From Lama guanicoe (Eukaryota): a DNA stretch of 64,000 nt. The translations under genes and the position numbers were made by a program. Shown one piece after another: positions 45,568 through 59,967 of the stretch. The stretch covers positions 6,652,399 through 6,716,398 of the forward strand of contig MU053934.1 in the NCBI GenBank assembly GCA_013239625.1, written 5' to 3'. The notes beneath the pieces were generated by a model. It was not told the origin of the DNA. It worked only from the letters and a program-made list of their open reading frames with translations, and did not search any database. Every line of letters starts with the position of its first letter. Position 1 is the stretch's first letter.

Positions 45568-46899
45568 GTCTAGGGATTGTGTGTACGACTGATCACTCCG
45601 ACATTCAGAAACTGGGAAAGAGGAAAAGAAGTTAGAAAAGGAGAGTGAAGGGAAGAAACAGCTAGTGAGGAAGGAGGAAAGGCAGGTGGGGTCCCGGAGC
45701 TGAGAGAGTGTGACATGCTAGACACCAGGTGTGCTGGGAGGGTCAAAAAGAGTCATCCCCGACAGGTGGACAGAAATGATTACGGGATGGGAGGCATGCA
45801 CACAGTGCTGGGGTAAGTCCTGGTAGCTGAAGGCAGAATGAAAGAGGGAGGGGAGAGAGATGAGATTAGGATTTGTAGACTCTTTTGAGTTTGAGGAAAC
45901 AGCAGGCTATCTAGTCTATAATTTCCATAAACAGTAAATATTCAATTGTTCAATTTTTTTTTTAACCATATATTATGTGCTGGGCTCTTTACCAGGCCTG
46001 AGAACACAGGGATGACCAAGACTACTCTGCCCTTTTGAAAAGGTTTACACTCTGGAAAAGGAGACAACTGCAATACAGAGAGATCAGGGTCACAGGCCAG
46101 GTGGTAACAGGTCTGCCGAGAGCACTGGCAATTCTCCTTTCCAACCACACTCCTCACTGCTGGAGCCCGAGTCCACCACTCCATCCAGACCGTGTAGCAA
46201 TCAAAACTTGTACCTCTTGACTGGTGCTTTGCTGCTGTCCAAAATGTTTCCCAAATCTGAGTCATTCTTCAAGACCTGACTCACATCTGGCCTCCTCACT
46301 GAAGCCTTCAGGAAACACTCAGTGATCTTGCCTTCCCTAAAGAGATACAGCATTTCTTGTCCATATACCTCTATCAGGTGCCTGGCCCCTGCCTTGTCCT
46401 CACTTCCCTGCTTCATGTGAGCACCTCATTTCCCCAACTAGGCAGTACACAGTTGAAAGCATGTAACAAATGTGTCTGATGCCTGCATGGCATCCTAAAC
46501 CCAAGTAAATATTCCCTTCCCCCCCACCACAACCAAACTACAACCCAACTCATGTTTCAGCGTTATTACTGAAACAGATCTGATCAAGTCACTCCCTGAC
46601 CTCTAAAACTTTCCTTGGCTCCTAATCATTTAAACAACACAGATAGCTCAGTCCTGTCTTCTAGGAATGCCACACAGCCCTCCCTTTCCCTGCCTCCCAG
46701 ACACCCTAAAGCTGGAACAATGGCAATCAAAACAAATACAAAAAATCAGAGATGCACAGAGATGAAATTAAAAAGGAGACATTCATCAAACTGCTGACAA
46801 CAGCTGTCTTTGGGGATAGTCACCTTTTAGGAACTGGTTTAATGAACACGTTAACTTTAAAACAAATAAAATTTAAAATGTAAAGAAATTTAATGATTG

Positions 46900-47240
46900 C
46901 AACTATTTTTACTGAGTGCTCACACTATGTGTCAGGCAATACATTACAGTCTCATTTAATCTTAACAAGTCTAGGATGTCGTTATTAGCCATTCTACAGA
47001 TGGAGGGACTGAGGCTCAGAAAGTTTAAGTAACTCTAACAAGGTTACACAGCTACTCAGTGAAAAAATGCTGGGATTTAAACCCAGGTCTAAAAAATTTG
47101 AAAATGAATATATTTTTGTGTGTGCATCACTGGGACATTGGGCTGTACACCAGAAATCGATACACTGTAACTGATGGTATTTCAATCAAAAAAATAATAA
47201 TAAACCCAGGTCTAATAAAAATGTGCCCTTAACCTCTCCT
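46900..47240. mobile_element. MIR SINE interrupted by an L1 fragment
   Basis: ccattctacagatggagggactgaggctcagaaagtttaagtaact...gggatttaaacccaggtct. Confidence 0.8.
47093..47200 (+). mobile_element. 5'-truncated L1 3' end (108 bp)
   Basis: Perfect 15-bp TSD taaacccaggtctaa at 47078-47092 and 47201-47215. Confidence 0.9.
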
Positions 47241-47783
47241 GTCCTTAGTCCCGTTCTGTGTATTTCCCAGCACGCACTCCTGAAGGTATCTCTGCAGCCT
47301 TTCCTTTCCATTGTTCTAGCTGGTTCTTCGGCCTGAATAATGTTAGCTTTGCCTCACCTTTAAAGCCTAGTACAAATTCTGTTTTTCCCTTAACTCCTCC
47401 CTAGAGCACTTACCATGGTCAGCACATAACCTGAGTTATTAACCCCTCTATTTCCCCAACAGCTGGGACTTTGGCTCTCCTACTGCCATGCCTGTAGCAA
47501 GCATTCAAATGCTGGCTGAATTAAGCTGACAATATAAATTCTCCTTCTGACAAAAGCAAAGGTAAGAGATGGAAACCAAAAGTTTTCATCTGTGAGTAAG
47601 TTAATCCCCAGAACGAGTTTCTATGATCCCTCCCCCTCATTCTCTGCTTTCAGCCTCACCTCTCACTGGACCATAAGGAGAGACAGGTTGATCTGCACCT
47701 CTTCCACGAAGGAGCTGAACATAATGGATCACCACTTCTGATGAATAAAGCCACTCAACTTACTATTTAAAAATGTAAATATT

Positions 47784-47907
47784 GGGGGGAGGGTATAGCT
47801 TAGTGGTAGAGTGCATGCCTAGCATGCACAAGGTCCTGGGTTCAATTCCCAGTACCTCCATTAAAAATAAGTAAATAAACCTAATTCCGCCCCCACTCCA
47901 ATGTAAA
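47784..47907 (+). mobile_element. tRNA-derived SINE (Vic-1-like)
   Basis: ggggagggtatagcttagtggtagagtgcatgcctagcatgcacaaggtcctgggttcaattccc; flanking taaatattg repeat at 47776 and 47908. Confidence 0.9.
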
Positions 47908-50739
47908 TAAATATTGTAAGCTGAAAGGTTTTTTTAAAAAGCATCTTAAAGAGTTTCGAAAATTAGCTACCTTTTCCCAAAGGCTCTGAACTTCAAAAGA
48001 AAGTACTTTTTAAGTTGAGCATAAAGAAATGTAAAAATATTGAAAGTTACTTTACATAGACACAAGCATGGAGACACCTGAGTTGATGAATCAGACATGT
48101 TTAAAATGCAAAAAGCTCTTTTAACACCATCTGATCACACCTGAATTTATGAGCAGAAGTTGAGTTCAAACAAATAACACATTGTAAAACAAAAGCACTG
48201 CCCCAGCAATCTTAGAAAGGAAATACAGGATGGGACAAGCAGATTTTAACGTGTCTTTGGCCTTCTTGGGCAAAGCGATGAGAAATGCAGTCAACCAAAG
48301 CACTAAGGCTTGATTTTATTGGAGATTCCAACACCATAGGTCAACCTGTCAAATGAAGCAAAAGGCAGAACTGAGCTCTATGGGTGTAGTCCACTCCAGA
48401 TAAAAGCCAATGGACCTTTTTACAGTTTATGGGGTCCTCTCCATATGGCTGGGGATACAGGCATGGGAGGAATACAGTCTGGGTGATTAATTCCTATGAA
48501 AGAGCTCAGGAGTCAGGAGCTCATCAGGTGAGCAGAGTGGACACACTCTACAACTTGCAACACTGCCTCAAACTCACAACTTCAAAATACTGGGAAACAA
48601 TGCGTTACTTCTTATTAAATGCATCTATAAATTGAGCCGTTAAGTTAAGCATCCTTCTAGACATTACTGAGCTTCCCAGTTAAAAACACAGAAACAAAAA
48701 ATGAAACAAAAAACCCACAAAGATTTCTATAATGAGACCAAAGGATTGCTTCAAATACATTACAAACTTCAAAACTCCAACTCCAAACTAAATAAGGAGA
48801 AAGAGTCACCTCTAAGTCTCTAAGAAGAGCGTCAAGAATTAGCAAATTTGGGATTGGAAGATTTTAAAGAAATAAAAAGGCAGATCATTTCAGTAGTGTA
48901 AGATCTTTGTGAATGGGCTTTAGCTCTAGACCATATTTTAGATGGTTCTCATTTCAGAAAGGAAAAAAAGGTGAGGGGAGGGACAAGCCATAACCATAAC
49001 AAGGAGGGTGCCAAGTAGACAAACAATAGGCATGAGAGACAGAAGAAACTACTCCTGACTACTGTTTGCTGTCTTTCCCAAGAGATTTGGAAAGCAATAA
49101 CCATAAAACCCTTCTCGACTGGGGTCCAGATCACCACAACCATCTCTCCCCTTATGGGGCAGCGAGAGCATGAAGTGTTGCTTCCTTACCTAGAGTCAAA
49201 CCAAATGCCTTGAAGAAAGAGACCAAGAAAAACATGCTTAAAAAAGCTTCTGGAAATAGAATTTTATTTCAGCAAGCAAAATAAGCAAAAATACAACTTT
49301 ATTTTTGCAAGGTGCAATTGCTTTCCCTATTAAACCTATTTTCAAATGGATTCTCCCGGATGATGCACTGGAAAAAAATACTATATTTGGGACCAGGAAA
49401 CCTATATTTAAATACTAGTTTTGCCACTTGTTCTATGACTTGGGCAAGTTTCTTAACCTGGAAGTCCCACTTTCCTCATTTTCAACAATGGAGTTAACTA
49501 CCTTGCTGCCTCACAGGACTGTTCCACAATAAATCTATAAACTTTTAAGTACCATATAAACTAAAGTCATTGTTATCAGTATTACTATCATCTCTCACTT
49601 TCTCAGGTAAAAGTCTGAACCAATGAAAAATAGGCAAAACACAAGTAACAAGGAAAAAAAACTCGGAGAGTTAGCTATCACTCGCCCCAAACAAAATACA
49701 ACAAAACAAACCCTAAAAAACAAAATGATCAATTACAATGACTGATAGAAAACCACTCTTTGACATTTAATTTCTGTGTCATTCTCTAATTAAGAAAGCT
49801 CCCATACCCTGGGATCTACATAGTCCATTCATTAAAATCACAGCAGGGTTAAATCCTCATCAATCCTCGTAATTCACAATCAAAATGCCATACGAGCACA
49901 TTCTTACTCTATAGGCAAGAGCCACAAGCCACAAGCCCAATTCCCACCCTCCTCACTGAGGGACAGCGGCTTGACTGCTGGAGACCCAATTGGAGACAGT
50001 TGATCTGTGACGTGCAGGGGGGCGTCTCTTCCTTCCTTGACCATTGGCATGGAATTAGCAAACACCAACTTCAGTCATTCTGAAATTAGCTTAGAAATGA
50101 GAAGGCATCACCACCTGAAATTCCAAATTTTGAAAATAAAGCCAAAACAATATAATCATCTTCTGAAAAATTAGCTATTTCCAAATTTTCTAGATGGTTT
50201 TTAATAATTAAAATTTATCTAATGATTACTGTGAGTCAGGCAATACTCTAAAAGCTTTAGCTATCAACTAATTTAATCACTGCAAACACAGGTGAGTACT
50301 ATTCATATTTTCATTTTTTAGACAAGAAAACAGAGGCACAAAACAGTTATTTGCTACACTTCTAGTAAGTGGCAGAGCTGGGGTTCAAAAACTGGGAAAT
50401 TGGCTTTGGAGACTACCTCTAGAAACTGATTCTTAAAGAATCCTGCCATCAACATCGCATGGCTTTCCTGACCAGTTGTGCCAATTTGTACTCAGTGTCG
50501 CACGGAGATGTAACCAAGACTACAGTGTAGTGTCTCACCTTACGGTCACTTGTTTCAAAGCGAATGTTAAAACACACAAGTCCATGAAAATAAGGTCTCA
50601 TTTTCTGCATTCCATAATGATGAATTAAATAATTTGGGAAAAACTGGATAAAATGTATATACACATCATTTTAAAAGTAACAAAAAGCTAACAGTATAGT
50701 GAGGAATTATCAAGTTAATATCCGGGAAATAATGGAAAC

Positions 50740-51660
50740 CCAAAAAACTGAGACCTAGGGGCAACTGCTGATCTGCCAGAGGTGGCCAAGGGTCCCCAGC
50801 GGCATGTCTGCCCCTCAGGGTCCTGCACAGGGAGATATTCCATAAGCCCACAACCACCATCAAACCAGGGGACTGAGGCCCTAAAGGGCTGCATCCTAGG
50901 AGTAATAGTGAACTAGAAGTAAATCAGCCTTCCTATGGGCTCAGCTTCAAATCACCTGGATAGTCAGAAAATCTCAAACTCTCAACTTGGATTAAAGTAA
51001 TCCTGGTTTGCTAGTGCACACCACACATACCTGGAAAAAGCAAATGGAAATCCTCCTTGGAAAAAGACATCCAAGGCCTCTAATTATTTCTATAAATAAT
51101 GTTTCAAATACTACATTCAGCACACAAACATATGAATAGACAAAACACCATGAGTAAGAACTATCATAAACAGTCAAAGACCCAAAGGGACTCTGGATAA
51201 TGGAACTGAGAGAAGGAGATTATAAAACAACTATATTTACTCTGTTTTAGGAAATAAAAGCCAAGCTTGGAAAAATTTAGGAGGGAACAAGAATCCATAA
51301 AAAGGAACAGAGCAAGTTTGAAAGGTCCCAAACTTTTCAGTTTTTACTGTTTATTTCAATTACAATAAACACATCCATTGAGTTCTTGGTTCCAATTAAA
51401 CACAGATTAGTCAGAGAGAACTGGTTATATGGAAGACAGGTCAAAAGAAACTATCCGGAAAAATAGAGAAGGATAAACAACACAGGAGAAAGTGGTCAAA
51501 AGGAAACAGTGAGAAGGTCTATCACATCCATGTAACTGGAATCTCAGAATGAGAAAAGAATGGGGACAAAGAGCAGTGAGGAGAGCTGCTGGGAATCCTT
51601 CAGAACAGATGAGAGAAATCAAGCCACAGACTCAAGAGGCTGGGGAATACAAAAGCCGTG
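50740..51660 (+). mobile_element. Old L1 5'UTR/ORF1-like remnant
   Basis: gattataaaacaactatatttactctgttt...gaatctcagaatgagaaaagaatggggaca...aagccacagactcaagaggc. Confidence 0.55.
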
Positions 51661-53110
51661 ATCCTTATTGTTCTAGAATGTCTTCTAAAAATGACATGAC
51701 CCATTCTGTAAGTTTAGTGCCACAGCTGATTAAGCACCCACTGCGGTCCTACTAGGGATCAGGCAAAGAGAGTATAAAGACACAACACTCCCAACCATGT
51801 GAAAAGCTCTAAGTCAAGCACTTAGAAGAGACGTAAAATCAATAATCTCATACTCTCTCTACCTATACAGTAGCAAAAAGAAGGAAAAGAAAGGAAGAAA
51901 AAGAAAAAGGCAAGGCCAAAATGCTAGAGAAAAGTATTTTAAAGGAAAATGGGTTAAACTTAAAAGTAATAAACTAAAAGGCACTTTCAAAAGTAACAGT
52001 AAAGATACTCCAATGTTGACCAAGGTCCAGGCCTAGACGCTAGACATTTCCATTCCTTTCACTGTACTCATTAACTCACCTCACAATTTAAACTCAAAGT
52101 CCCTGGCATGAGAAACTCAAAGAAGAATCTTTTCTTCGTACCCCACTCCAAACTTACCTAATGAAAAAAATTTTAATGATAAATTTCAAGACAATTCTTG
52201 CTTAGCTCTATTCATGGTGACATAAATAATTTTAATGAGCATCTTTTCCTCTATTATTTGGGCCAATGTGGAGAAGCTGGCTCCTGAAATTAGGCAAAGG
52301 AAGGAGAGTTCCACTAGGAGCTGGCTTAGCAAACCAGCAGCCACTGGGGAACAGAGACCACCTACAGCAGATGCAAACAAGTAGGAGAGGAACTGGCTGA
52401 AAGGTAAACATTAATGCATAAACCCTGCTCCCAAGTCAGAAGCAGGTGATAACACCAAACAATGGTTGATGAAATAAAACAAACCCTTTCGGAAGCATAG
52501 TGCTACTGAAGTTTCAGGATAGGCTATCCATCACTTGGGAGTGCTCCTGTGATTCTGTGTTTGGAATATGACCTTCCGACTAAAACACAGACATGATTCA
52601 ATACATAACTGTAAATGTCTCTGTCTTAGGAAAAAGTGGCCTACAATATTTTATCCATGCTGGGACTGCTCAAAGCTTGGTTTCTCCAGGTCTCATGGGT
52701 CTTGTGAGCTGTACAGGCTTCAAAGACATCAGGAAAAAATACAGTGACTAAATAAATACATAGATAACAAACAAATTTCAAAATCATTCAAAATTTTTAT
52801 TTCTGGGATTCCAGTACTGTTCAAACCAGTATACTAGCTTATGCACATCTAAACTAATGTCTAAACTAACTTGTTCAAATGATACTAGCAAAAAAGAACC
52901 CCAAATTTCCAACGTAAATCACACATCTGATCCCTGCTAAGTCTAGTATCTAGAGTATAGAACTCAAAAACTCAACTGTAAAGAGACAACAACCCAATTA
53001 AAAAACAAGCAAAGTATGTGAGTACACATTTCTCCAAAGATACACAAATGGCAAATAAGCACATGAAAAGATGTTCAACATTAGGGAAATGCAAATCAAA
53101 ACCACAAATT

Positions 53111-53258
53111 GGGGGGAGGGGGCAGGGAGGGTACAGCTCAGTGGCAGAGTGGTACAGTGCATGCTTAGCATGCATGAAGTCCGGGATTCAGTCCCCAGTA
53201 CCTCCATTTATAAACAAACAAACAAACCTAATTTCTCCCCCACCAAACAACAACAAAA
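53111..53258 (+). mobile_element. tRNA-derived SINE (Vic-1-like) nested in L1
   Basis: gggagggtacagctcagtgg...atgcttagcatgcatgaagtccgggattcagtccccagtacctcc; interrupts the L1 sequence aaaccaca|gtaagatac. Confidence 0.88.
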
Positions 53259-53969
53259 AAACAGTAAGATACTACCTCGCACCCACTTGGATGGCCATAA
53301 TCAAAAAAGAGAAAATTACAAGTGTTGGACAGGATGTAGAGAAATTGGAACTCTCATACAATGCTGGTGGGAATGTGAAATGGTGCAGCCACTTCTGGAA
53401 AACAGTCCAGCAGTTCTCAAAAGATTATACAGAGTTACTATATGACCCAGCAATTCTACTCCATGTATATACCCAAAAGATTTGAAAACAGAGACACAAA
53501 ACAGATACTTGTATGCCACTATTCCTTGCAGCGCTATCAAAATGCCAGAAGATGGGAACAACCCAAGTGTCCAACAACAAATCAATGGATAAACAAAATG
53601 TGGCATACACATACAATGGAGTATTATTCAGACACAAAAAGGGATGAAGTACTGATACATGCTACAATGTGGATGAACCTCACAAACATGCTAAGCAAAA
53701 AAGCCAGGCACAGAAGGTCACATATTGTATAATTTCATTTATATGAAATAACCAAAATAGGTAAATCCATAGACAGAAAGCAGTCTGGTAGTTACTATGG
53801 GCTGGCGGCAAGGGGGGAAAGGGAACCAACTGCTTAAGAAGTATGGGGTTTCTTTTGGGGGTGATGAAAGGGGGTTTTGGAACTAGACGGAAGTTATAGG
53901 TGTATAATGTTGGGAATGTACAAAATACCACTGAACTGTCGAATCGTTCACTTAAAAATGGTTAATTTT

Positions 53970-54064
53970 GGTTAAAGGGTATAAACTTTTAGTTGTAAGG
54001 TAAGTAAATTCTGGAGATTTAATGTAAAGCAAGGTTAGTACAGTTAATAAGAATGTATTATATC
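53970..54064 (+). mobile_element. L1MA-type 3' UTR fragment nested in the L1MB tail
   Basis: ggttaaagggtataaacttttagttgtaag...; flanked by aaaaatggttaatttt and aaaaatggttactttt. Confidence 0.75.
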
Positions 54065-54879
54065 AAAAATGGTTACTTTTATATTGTGAGTCGTTCACAT
54101 CAATTTAAAAAAGGAAACAAACCAGACCCAAAGGAGGCACCTTAATCTTAAAGAACCTAGGACACCAAGAGAGAGGAATCTCATTATGTGATCTCCTCAC
54201 CTGTAATCTCCCTCAATCCTGGCTCATTCCCATGACTTCCAATCTCCAGGCCTGCAAACACATGAAGTACTGAAAAACAAGCTGCTATATGGGTTTCAAA
54301 CACTAAATTCACCATTGTTTCTTTTAATACTGACCTACTTCTCCCTTAAGATCTGAGCTCAAATGCTGAAGGCTAGCCTTTCACAATCTCTGTACCAAAA
54401 TATATGGGATACCTTCAGCAATGCTCACTTAAGGGGGACAGGACAATGGATGTCTTGACCCTACAACTGCCTCCTGCTGCATGATGCCAACCTTCCCGCC
54501 CACTTGTTCAGGACTTTAATCTTGCTAAGATCACTGACTCTTACTGCTGTCCCTTTTCTAGAATCAAATGTTTTCTAGCACTTTTCCTTCTCTATGGCCT
54601 AATTTTCATAATGTATAATCGTTGATCTACCTTTTTGTTTCCCTCACTACACCGCTGCACACCGTGAGGACAAGTACCACGACTCATCCCAGGACCCTGA
54701 AGGACAACTGCTGCCCCTCACCTGGTCATCTCCCCACCTGGCTTCCTGCCATCTATTCCCGCGTCCTGGACCCTACACTTCTTTACCTACCTCCACCCTG
54801 GCTTCTCTTTCAAAAGAGAATGTTTTGTTCCCCACCAAAACAATACTTCAATAAAGACAAATCTTCCTTGTGCCCAACA

Positions 54880-55213
54880 TAAATACCCTACGTATCTGCA
54901 GGTTCTACATCTGCGGTCTCAACCAACCGCAGGCTGAAAATATTTAGGGGAAAAAGATTCCAGAAAGTTCCAAAGAGCAAAACTTGAATTTGCCATATTC
55001 TGGCAACTATTACATAGCATTTACACTGTATTAGGTGTTATAAGTAATCCTGAGATGATTTAAACTATATAGGGTGATGTGCATAGGTTATATGCAAAAA
55101 TTATGCCATTTTATGTAAGGGTCCTGAGCATCCATGAATTTTGGTATCCAAGGTGGGGGTGGGTGGGTGGTGTCTCCTACAACCAATTCCCTGCAGATAC
55201 CAGAGGACAATTA
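54880..55213. mobile_element. MER2/Tigger3-like MITE
   Basis: Same family as 40571-40889 (gcaaaacttgaatttgcca...ctgagcatccatgaattttggtatcc...ccctgcagatacc). Confidence 0.8.
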
Positions 55214-56269
55214 TACCATTAATTCTGTCCTTTGTCTACTTTTGTTCTTCTCTACTTCAAAAACTATTCGGTCTGCTCACATATTCAATGCACTGCAGAA
55301 AATATAAGGAGTGTTGACACCACAATCCTTGCCCTCAAAGAGGACTGGGAAAGGAAGGCAAGAACTCTGTTAGAAAGGTATAACAAAAAAGTAAGGATTA
55401 AAATGTGCGTAAGAAGATTACGAAACGCCATGAGAGAAAACCCCAGTTAAGGGAATGTTAGGTTTCATTTGAGAAAGGCCTTTTAAGACAGCAATCCCAA
55501 TAGATGATGGAGAATGGGAAAAGAGGGTACAGACATGTGCACGGAAATGGGGACACAGAAGCTGCCATAGAGAATATTTGTCAGGAAACTGAATGATGGG
55601 GCTGGAAAGGCAGGAAAGGGTCCTACTGTGGAACCCTGAATAACGAGGCAATGCATCCACATCTACTTCAGAGCACAATTGAGAACACTATGACAAGGGA
55701 GGAATTTTAGATCTTCTGGCAGTAGTTAGGAAGAGACTGGACCGGGGCCCCGGGAGAAGGAGATACTATTCAAGAGTCTCTGACAGCAGTTCAGGCCACG
55801 CTTGTCCAATCAAGACAAGAGACCTCTTCAAGGGTGGGGAAGAGAGAACCCATGTGCATGTGGGGGCTTCTGAGCTCAGGTGGGTGGGGAAGGAAGCAGA
55901 CATGCAGTATGCATTTTTACGAGATACAGATTTCATATTAAAAGGGAGAAAAAGGTTTTGGAGCCACACATAGCTAAGTTCCAGCTATGTTTTTGCCAGA
56001 ATTAAAATAATGAATAAGTACTGTGTACTGTGCCTGGCACTTGGTAAAGGATATATAAATGTTAGTCATTAGATCAGTAATATACATACAAAGAAAAAAC
56101 TTTCTGTGTGCTGCTGTATCTAAAAACTAGATAATAATTTAGCATCAACTGTCTGAAACATATACTTAAGAAGTCTTTGGGAGATGAACTATCTGCAAGC
56201 AGAGACCTGGGAATATTTTCTAAAATAGTATTAAGAACCACCTTCATCTACACATGAAAATACAGTTCT

Positions 56270-56790
56270 GTTATTCAGTGCTAAAAAGAAATGAGCTATC
56301 AAGCCATGAAAAGACATGGAAGAAACTTAAATGCATATTACTAAGTGGAAAAAGCCAATCTGAAACAGCTACATACTCTATGATTCCAACTATATCATAT
56401 TCTGAAAGTCAAAACTATGGAGACAGGAAAAAGATCAGGGGTTGGGGGGAGGGAGAGGTGAGTAAGTGGAGCACAGAGGACCGTTAGGGCAATGAAACTA
56501 CTCTGTATGATACTGTAATGATAAACACGTGTCATATGAATTTCACCAAAACCACAGAATACACAACACTAAGAATACACTGTAAACTATGGACTTTCGG
56601 TAACAATGATGTGTCAGTTCAGGTTCATCAACTGTAATAAATGTACTACTTTGGTAGGAGACGTTGATAGCGGGGAGGCTGTGCATGTGAGGGGGCAGAG
56701 GGTAAATGGGAAATCTCTGTACCTTCCTCTCAGTTTTGCTGCGAATCTAAAACTGCTCTAAAAAAAATTAAGCCTTTTTAAAAAAAATAC
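56270..56790 (+). mobile_element. L1MC1-like 3' end
   Basis: gaaatgagctatcaagccatgaaaagacatggaagaaacttaaatgcatattactaagtg...tctaaaactgctctaaaa. Confidence 0.85.
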
Positions 56791-59678
56791 AAAATATGCA
56801 CCAAATTGTAAACAACAGTTATCTCTAGAGAGTAAGATTACATTCCTATATGTTGTCTGAATTTTATACCATCAGCACACACTAATTTTACAATAAAAGG
56901 ATACATTTCAAGGAAATAAAAAGTTCTATCTAAAACTTGTTTCAAGTAAAACACTATGCTAACATTCTTGACATTTTTTCCTTAACATATATAATTATTT
57001 CCGTGTTTAAGTATTTCAACAAAAGTAACTACTTTCATATGACCATTTTAACTCTAGAACAAAAAAACTGTTAGAGTAGTGGCATTTTTTTGAATTTTTA
57101 ATTTAGTAGCGTCAAATCTTATTTCTAAAGGAAAATAAAATATTACAAAGTATGTATCTTAATAAAGTGGTAATAAGCTGAATCAAGTCAACAGGAGAAA
57201 CAATATATTGGCTCATGGAACCAAGTCTTTATTCATTTATAGAAAGACAATTTTCCATTTTCCTATTCCTAAATGATCGAATTTAGAATGAACTAAAGCA
57301 GAGAGAAAACATTAGCCTCTCCTCCTTAGGAACTCATATCACCTACTTGCTGATGCCCTGGCCCAAATTCAAGGCCCATTATCAAGCTATTCCCGCCTCA
57401 GTCTTGGCCCACACTTTCTTCTGACCGTCCCTTTCCTGTAACCTCCAGGCTTCCTGGGAGCCTGCAGTTAGCTATGTAATACGCCACAGCCTTCCAAGCC
57501 TTCGATCTCGAAGGACCTTTCCTTGTTATGCTCTCTCCTATCCATCCTTCCAGGTCCTGCCCACATGCCCCCTCCTCTCAGCCTTCTCTGATATCCTCCC
57601 CGTTCTTAATCAAGGGTAAAGCCTCTTCCCTAGTTCTCTCCCAGGAATCTGGCCACACCACTATTATACTCTTGTAGATCCTATATGGATATGAATGTTA
57701 ATTTTCCATGTCTGACTCCCACAGCTGCTGAATTGCAGGGAAAGGGAAGTTGTTCTACTTGCTTTTGCATTTCTTGCACTTTGCGTGGTATATAGACTTA
57801 GCATCTTGGTCGAATTGAAATATAAACTCTCTTTTTCTTGTATTTTCTCTGGTGTTTCACCCCTATAGGCTTCTTCATTTGGCCTGTGTCTCTTTAGGGA
57901 TAGCCAATTTCTAGCCAATGTAGCAAAATTTCAGTTTTTCTTAAAAAGAGGCATTTAACAAGTGACAGGCTGCAACAATGTCCTTCACTCCAACTCAAAT
58001 TTCTCTTATTCAGTATGTTAGAACTTGAATCTGCTTCCACAAAGACTTAACTAAAAGAAGACGAAAATTCTACTCCTGTTATGTTTAAACTCACATATCC
58101 ACTAGGTAAAAACAAAACAAAACAGTAGCACTAAATTCAAATGCAATGTGTACTTTTCATTTATGTCTGTTCACTAATGTACAGGTACCTACAAATCTGT
58201 TTAGGTTCATTTACACTGTGTATGTTGAGGTTGTAGATGCCACTTGGCTAGAATCTTGAGGGCATGTTCACCATGCCTCTGCCATCAAGTAGGAATTACT
58301 GCACACAAATGAGTGTATGCTACTGTCTAAAACTCTCCAGAAGAAATTCCCAGAGTTCCCCACAGGGCAGAGTTCTTTGGTTTGTCCACCTAAGCCACTG
58401 ACACTCCCTCTGACTTCATCTGCTATCGTTTTTCTCGTCAGAGTTGAGGAACAGTAAGCCATCACTCTTCAACATGCCCTAAGATCCTCATTAATTCATT
58501 GCTTAGAATATTTTATCAGGCTAAATTTACTCACTTCTTGGGCTAATATTTTTGCTGAATTTTCCCCCCATTCTTCAACTATTTTAGTTACTCTTAGAGA
58601 CACTTTCCAAGTTTTCTACAATGAATCCAAATTTACTACTACTTTAATACCTACTATGTAAAGGAGACATAAAGAAATAAAAGATTAACTAGGCATGTTA
58701 CCATCTAAGAATACAATCTTATGGTGAAATAGACACATTTCATATTAACTGTAACAATATGACATCACTGTAATATATGGATAAAGACAGAGGAGAAGGA
58801 TAGGGCATTCCAGCAGAGGCTCAGAGGCAAAACGGTGCATTCACTAACAACGCACCAAAATGCACTAGCAACACACCGACAGGCAGCGTGCCAGCTGCCA
58901 GGGCTGTAAAATAAAGCAAAACACAGCCCTGACTGCAAGGACCTTAGAGCCCAGTACAGTCATATTCGAAAATATTTTTGCAGTTTTTCCAGCAAAAATC
59001 TTACACAGATACCTATGATGAGAGACAGATAACAAGAGTTGCTCTGGTTGTGAAGCTGGAAGGAAGAGGATGCTCACTTCTGCTCCAGCCAGGCCCTCCT
59101 GTGGTAGCCCAGTTCCAAAGTGATTAAGTGCGTCTCCCACCTTAACTACGCTGTTTTGATATAACACTCAGAACACTGCCACCTAACACAGGGAGTGCTA
59201 TGTTAAGTACTAGTTAAATAAAGCATGAGAGCTCTGGAATAATTTACAAGTCATTGGTCTTATGAATAGGAATGGCAGAAACATACGGGGAAGGAGGGGA
59301 GTTACCAGACACAAGACAGGAAAAGCTGAGTCCAAACCACTGGAATCCAAAACTAGACAAACAACTGTAAAGGTCTGACCAGTCTCTCTAAAATCCCAGG
59401 AGACAGAAAGCTCATCTAAACTACTTTACACTTTCCCCCCGCAATTCTTGTTTACTTAGCCGGCTCTATCTGCTTGCCACAGCAGTTTCTTCAAGTCTTT
59501 CCTGTGTTCTTCCAGTTTCCAGCTCTCTATCCTGCTCTTGTCCCTCAGCAGAGGATCTTCACAGAATACACAGAAAAGCACTCCTTACCTTCCTGCCCCC
59601 ATGCCCATCTGTTTCCTGCCCATACACCTTGCTTTCCCCAGGGAGGGGATATTCTCACTATCCAAAGCCAATTGCCTG

Positions 59679-59915
59679 AGGGGAAAGGGGTGAGAAGGGA
59701 CAAATTGGGAGTTCGAGATTTGCAGATACCAACTAATATATATAAAACAGATAAAAAACAAGTTCATACTGTATAGCACAGGGAACTATATTCAATATCT
59801 TGTAGTAACATGGTGAAAAAGAATATGAAAACGAATGTATGTTCATGTATGATTGAAGCATCATGCTGTACACCAGAAATTGACACAACGTTGTAAATTG
59901 ACTATACTTCAATAA

Positions 59916-59955
<40 letters not shown>

Positions 59956-59967
59956 CACAAAACAAAA
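59679..59967 (+). mobile_element. Young 5'-truncated camelid-type L1 3' UTR
   Basis: TSD caaagccaattgcctg (59663-59678) / caaagccaactgcctg (59968-59983); same family as the 3' UTR at ~11150-11390. Confidence 0.92.
59919..59952 (+). repeat. (CA)17 microsatellite
   Basis: Read directly; lies in the L1 tail. Confidence 0.95.

Larger units (their letters stand above)
43950..45720. mobile_element. L2 element(s) interrupted by MITEs and a MIR
   Basis: ttcatcatttaacacacatttgagc...cttccttgaggaggtgacat...ggatgtccaagcggagatgtcaggtagacagctgg. Confidence 0.7.
52870..54110 (+). mobile_element. L1MB-like 3' portion containing two nested insertions
   Basis: ORF2 C-terminal motifs ([32 protein letters not shown]) and an L1MB-type 3' UTR. 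Confidence 0.9.

Noticed and set aside
53018..53732. ORFs of 96-155 aa
   Set aside because: Frameshifted L1 ORF2 remnants read through a SINE; not a gene.
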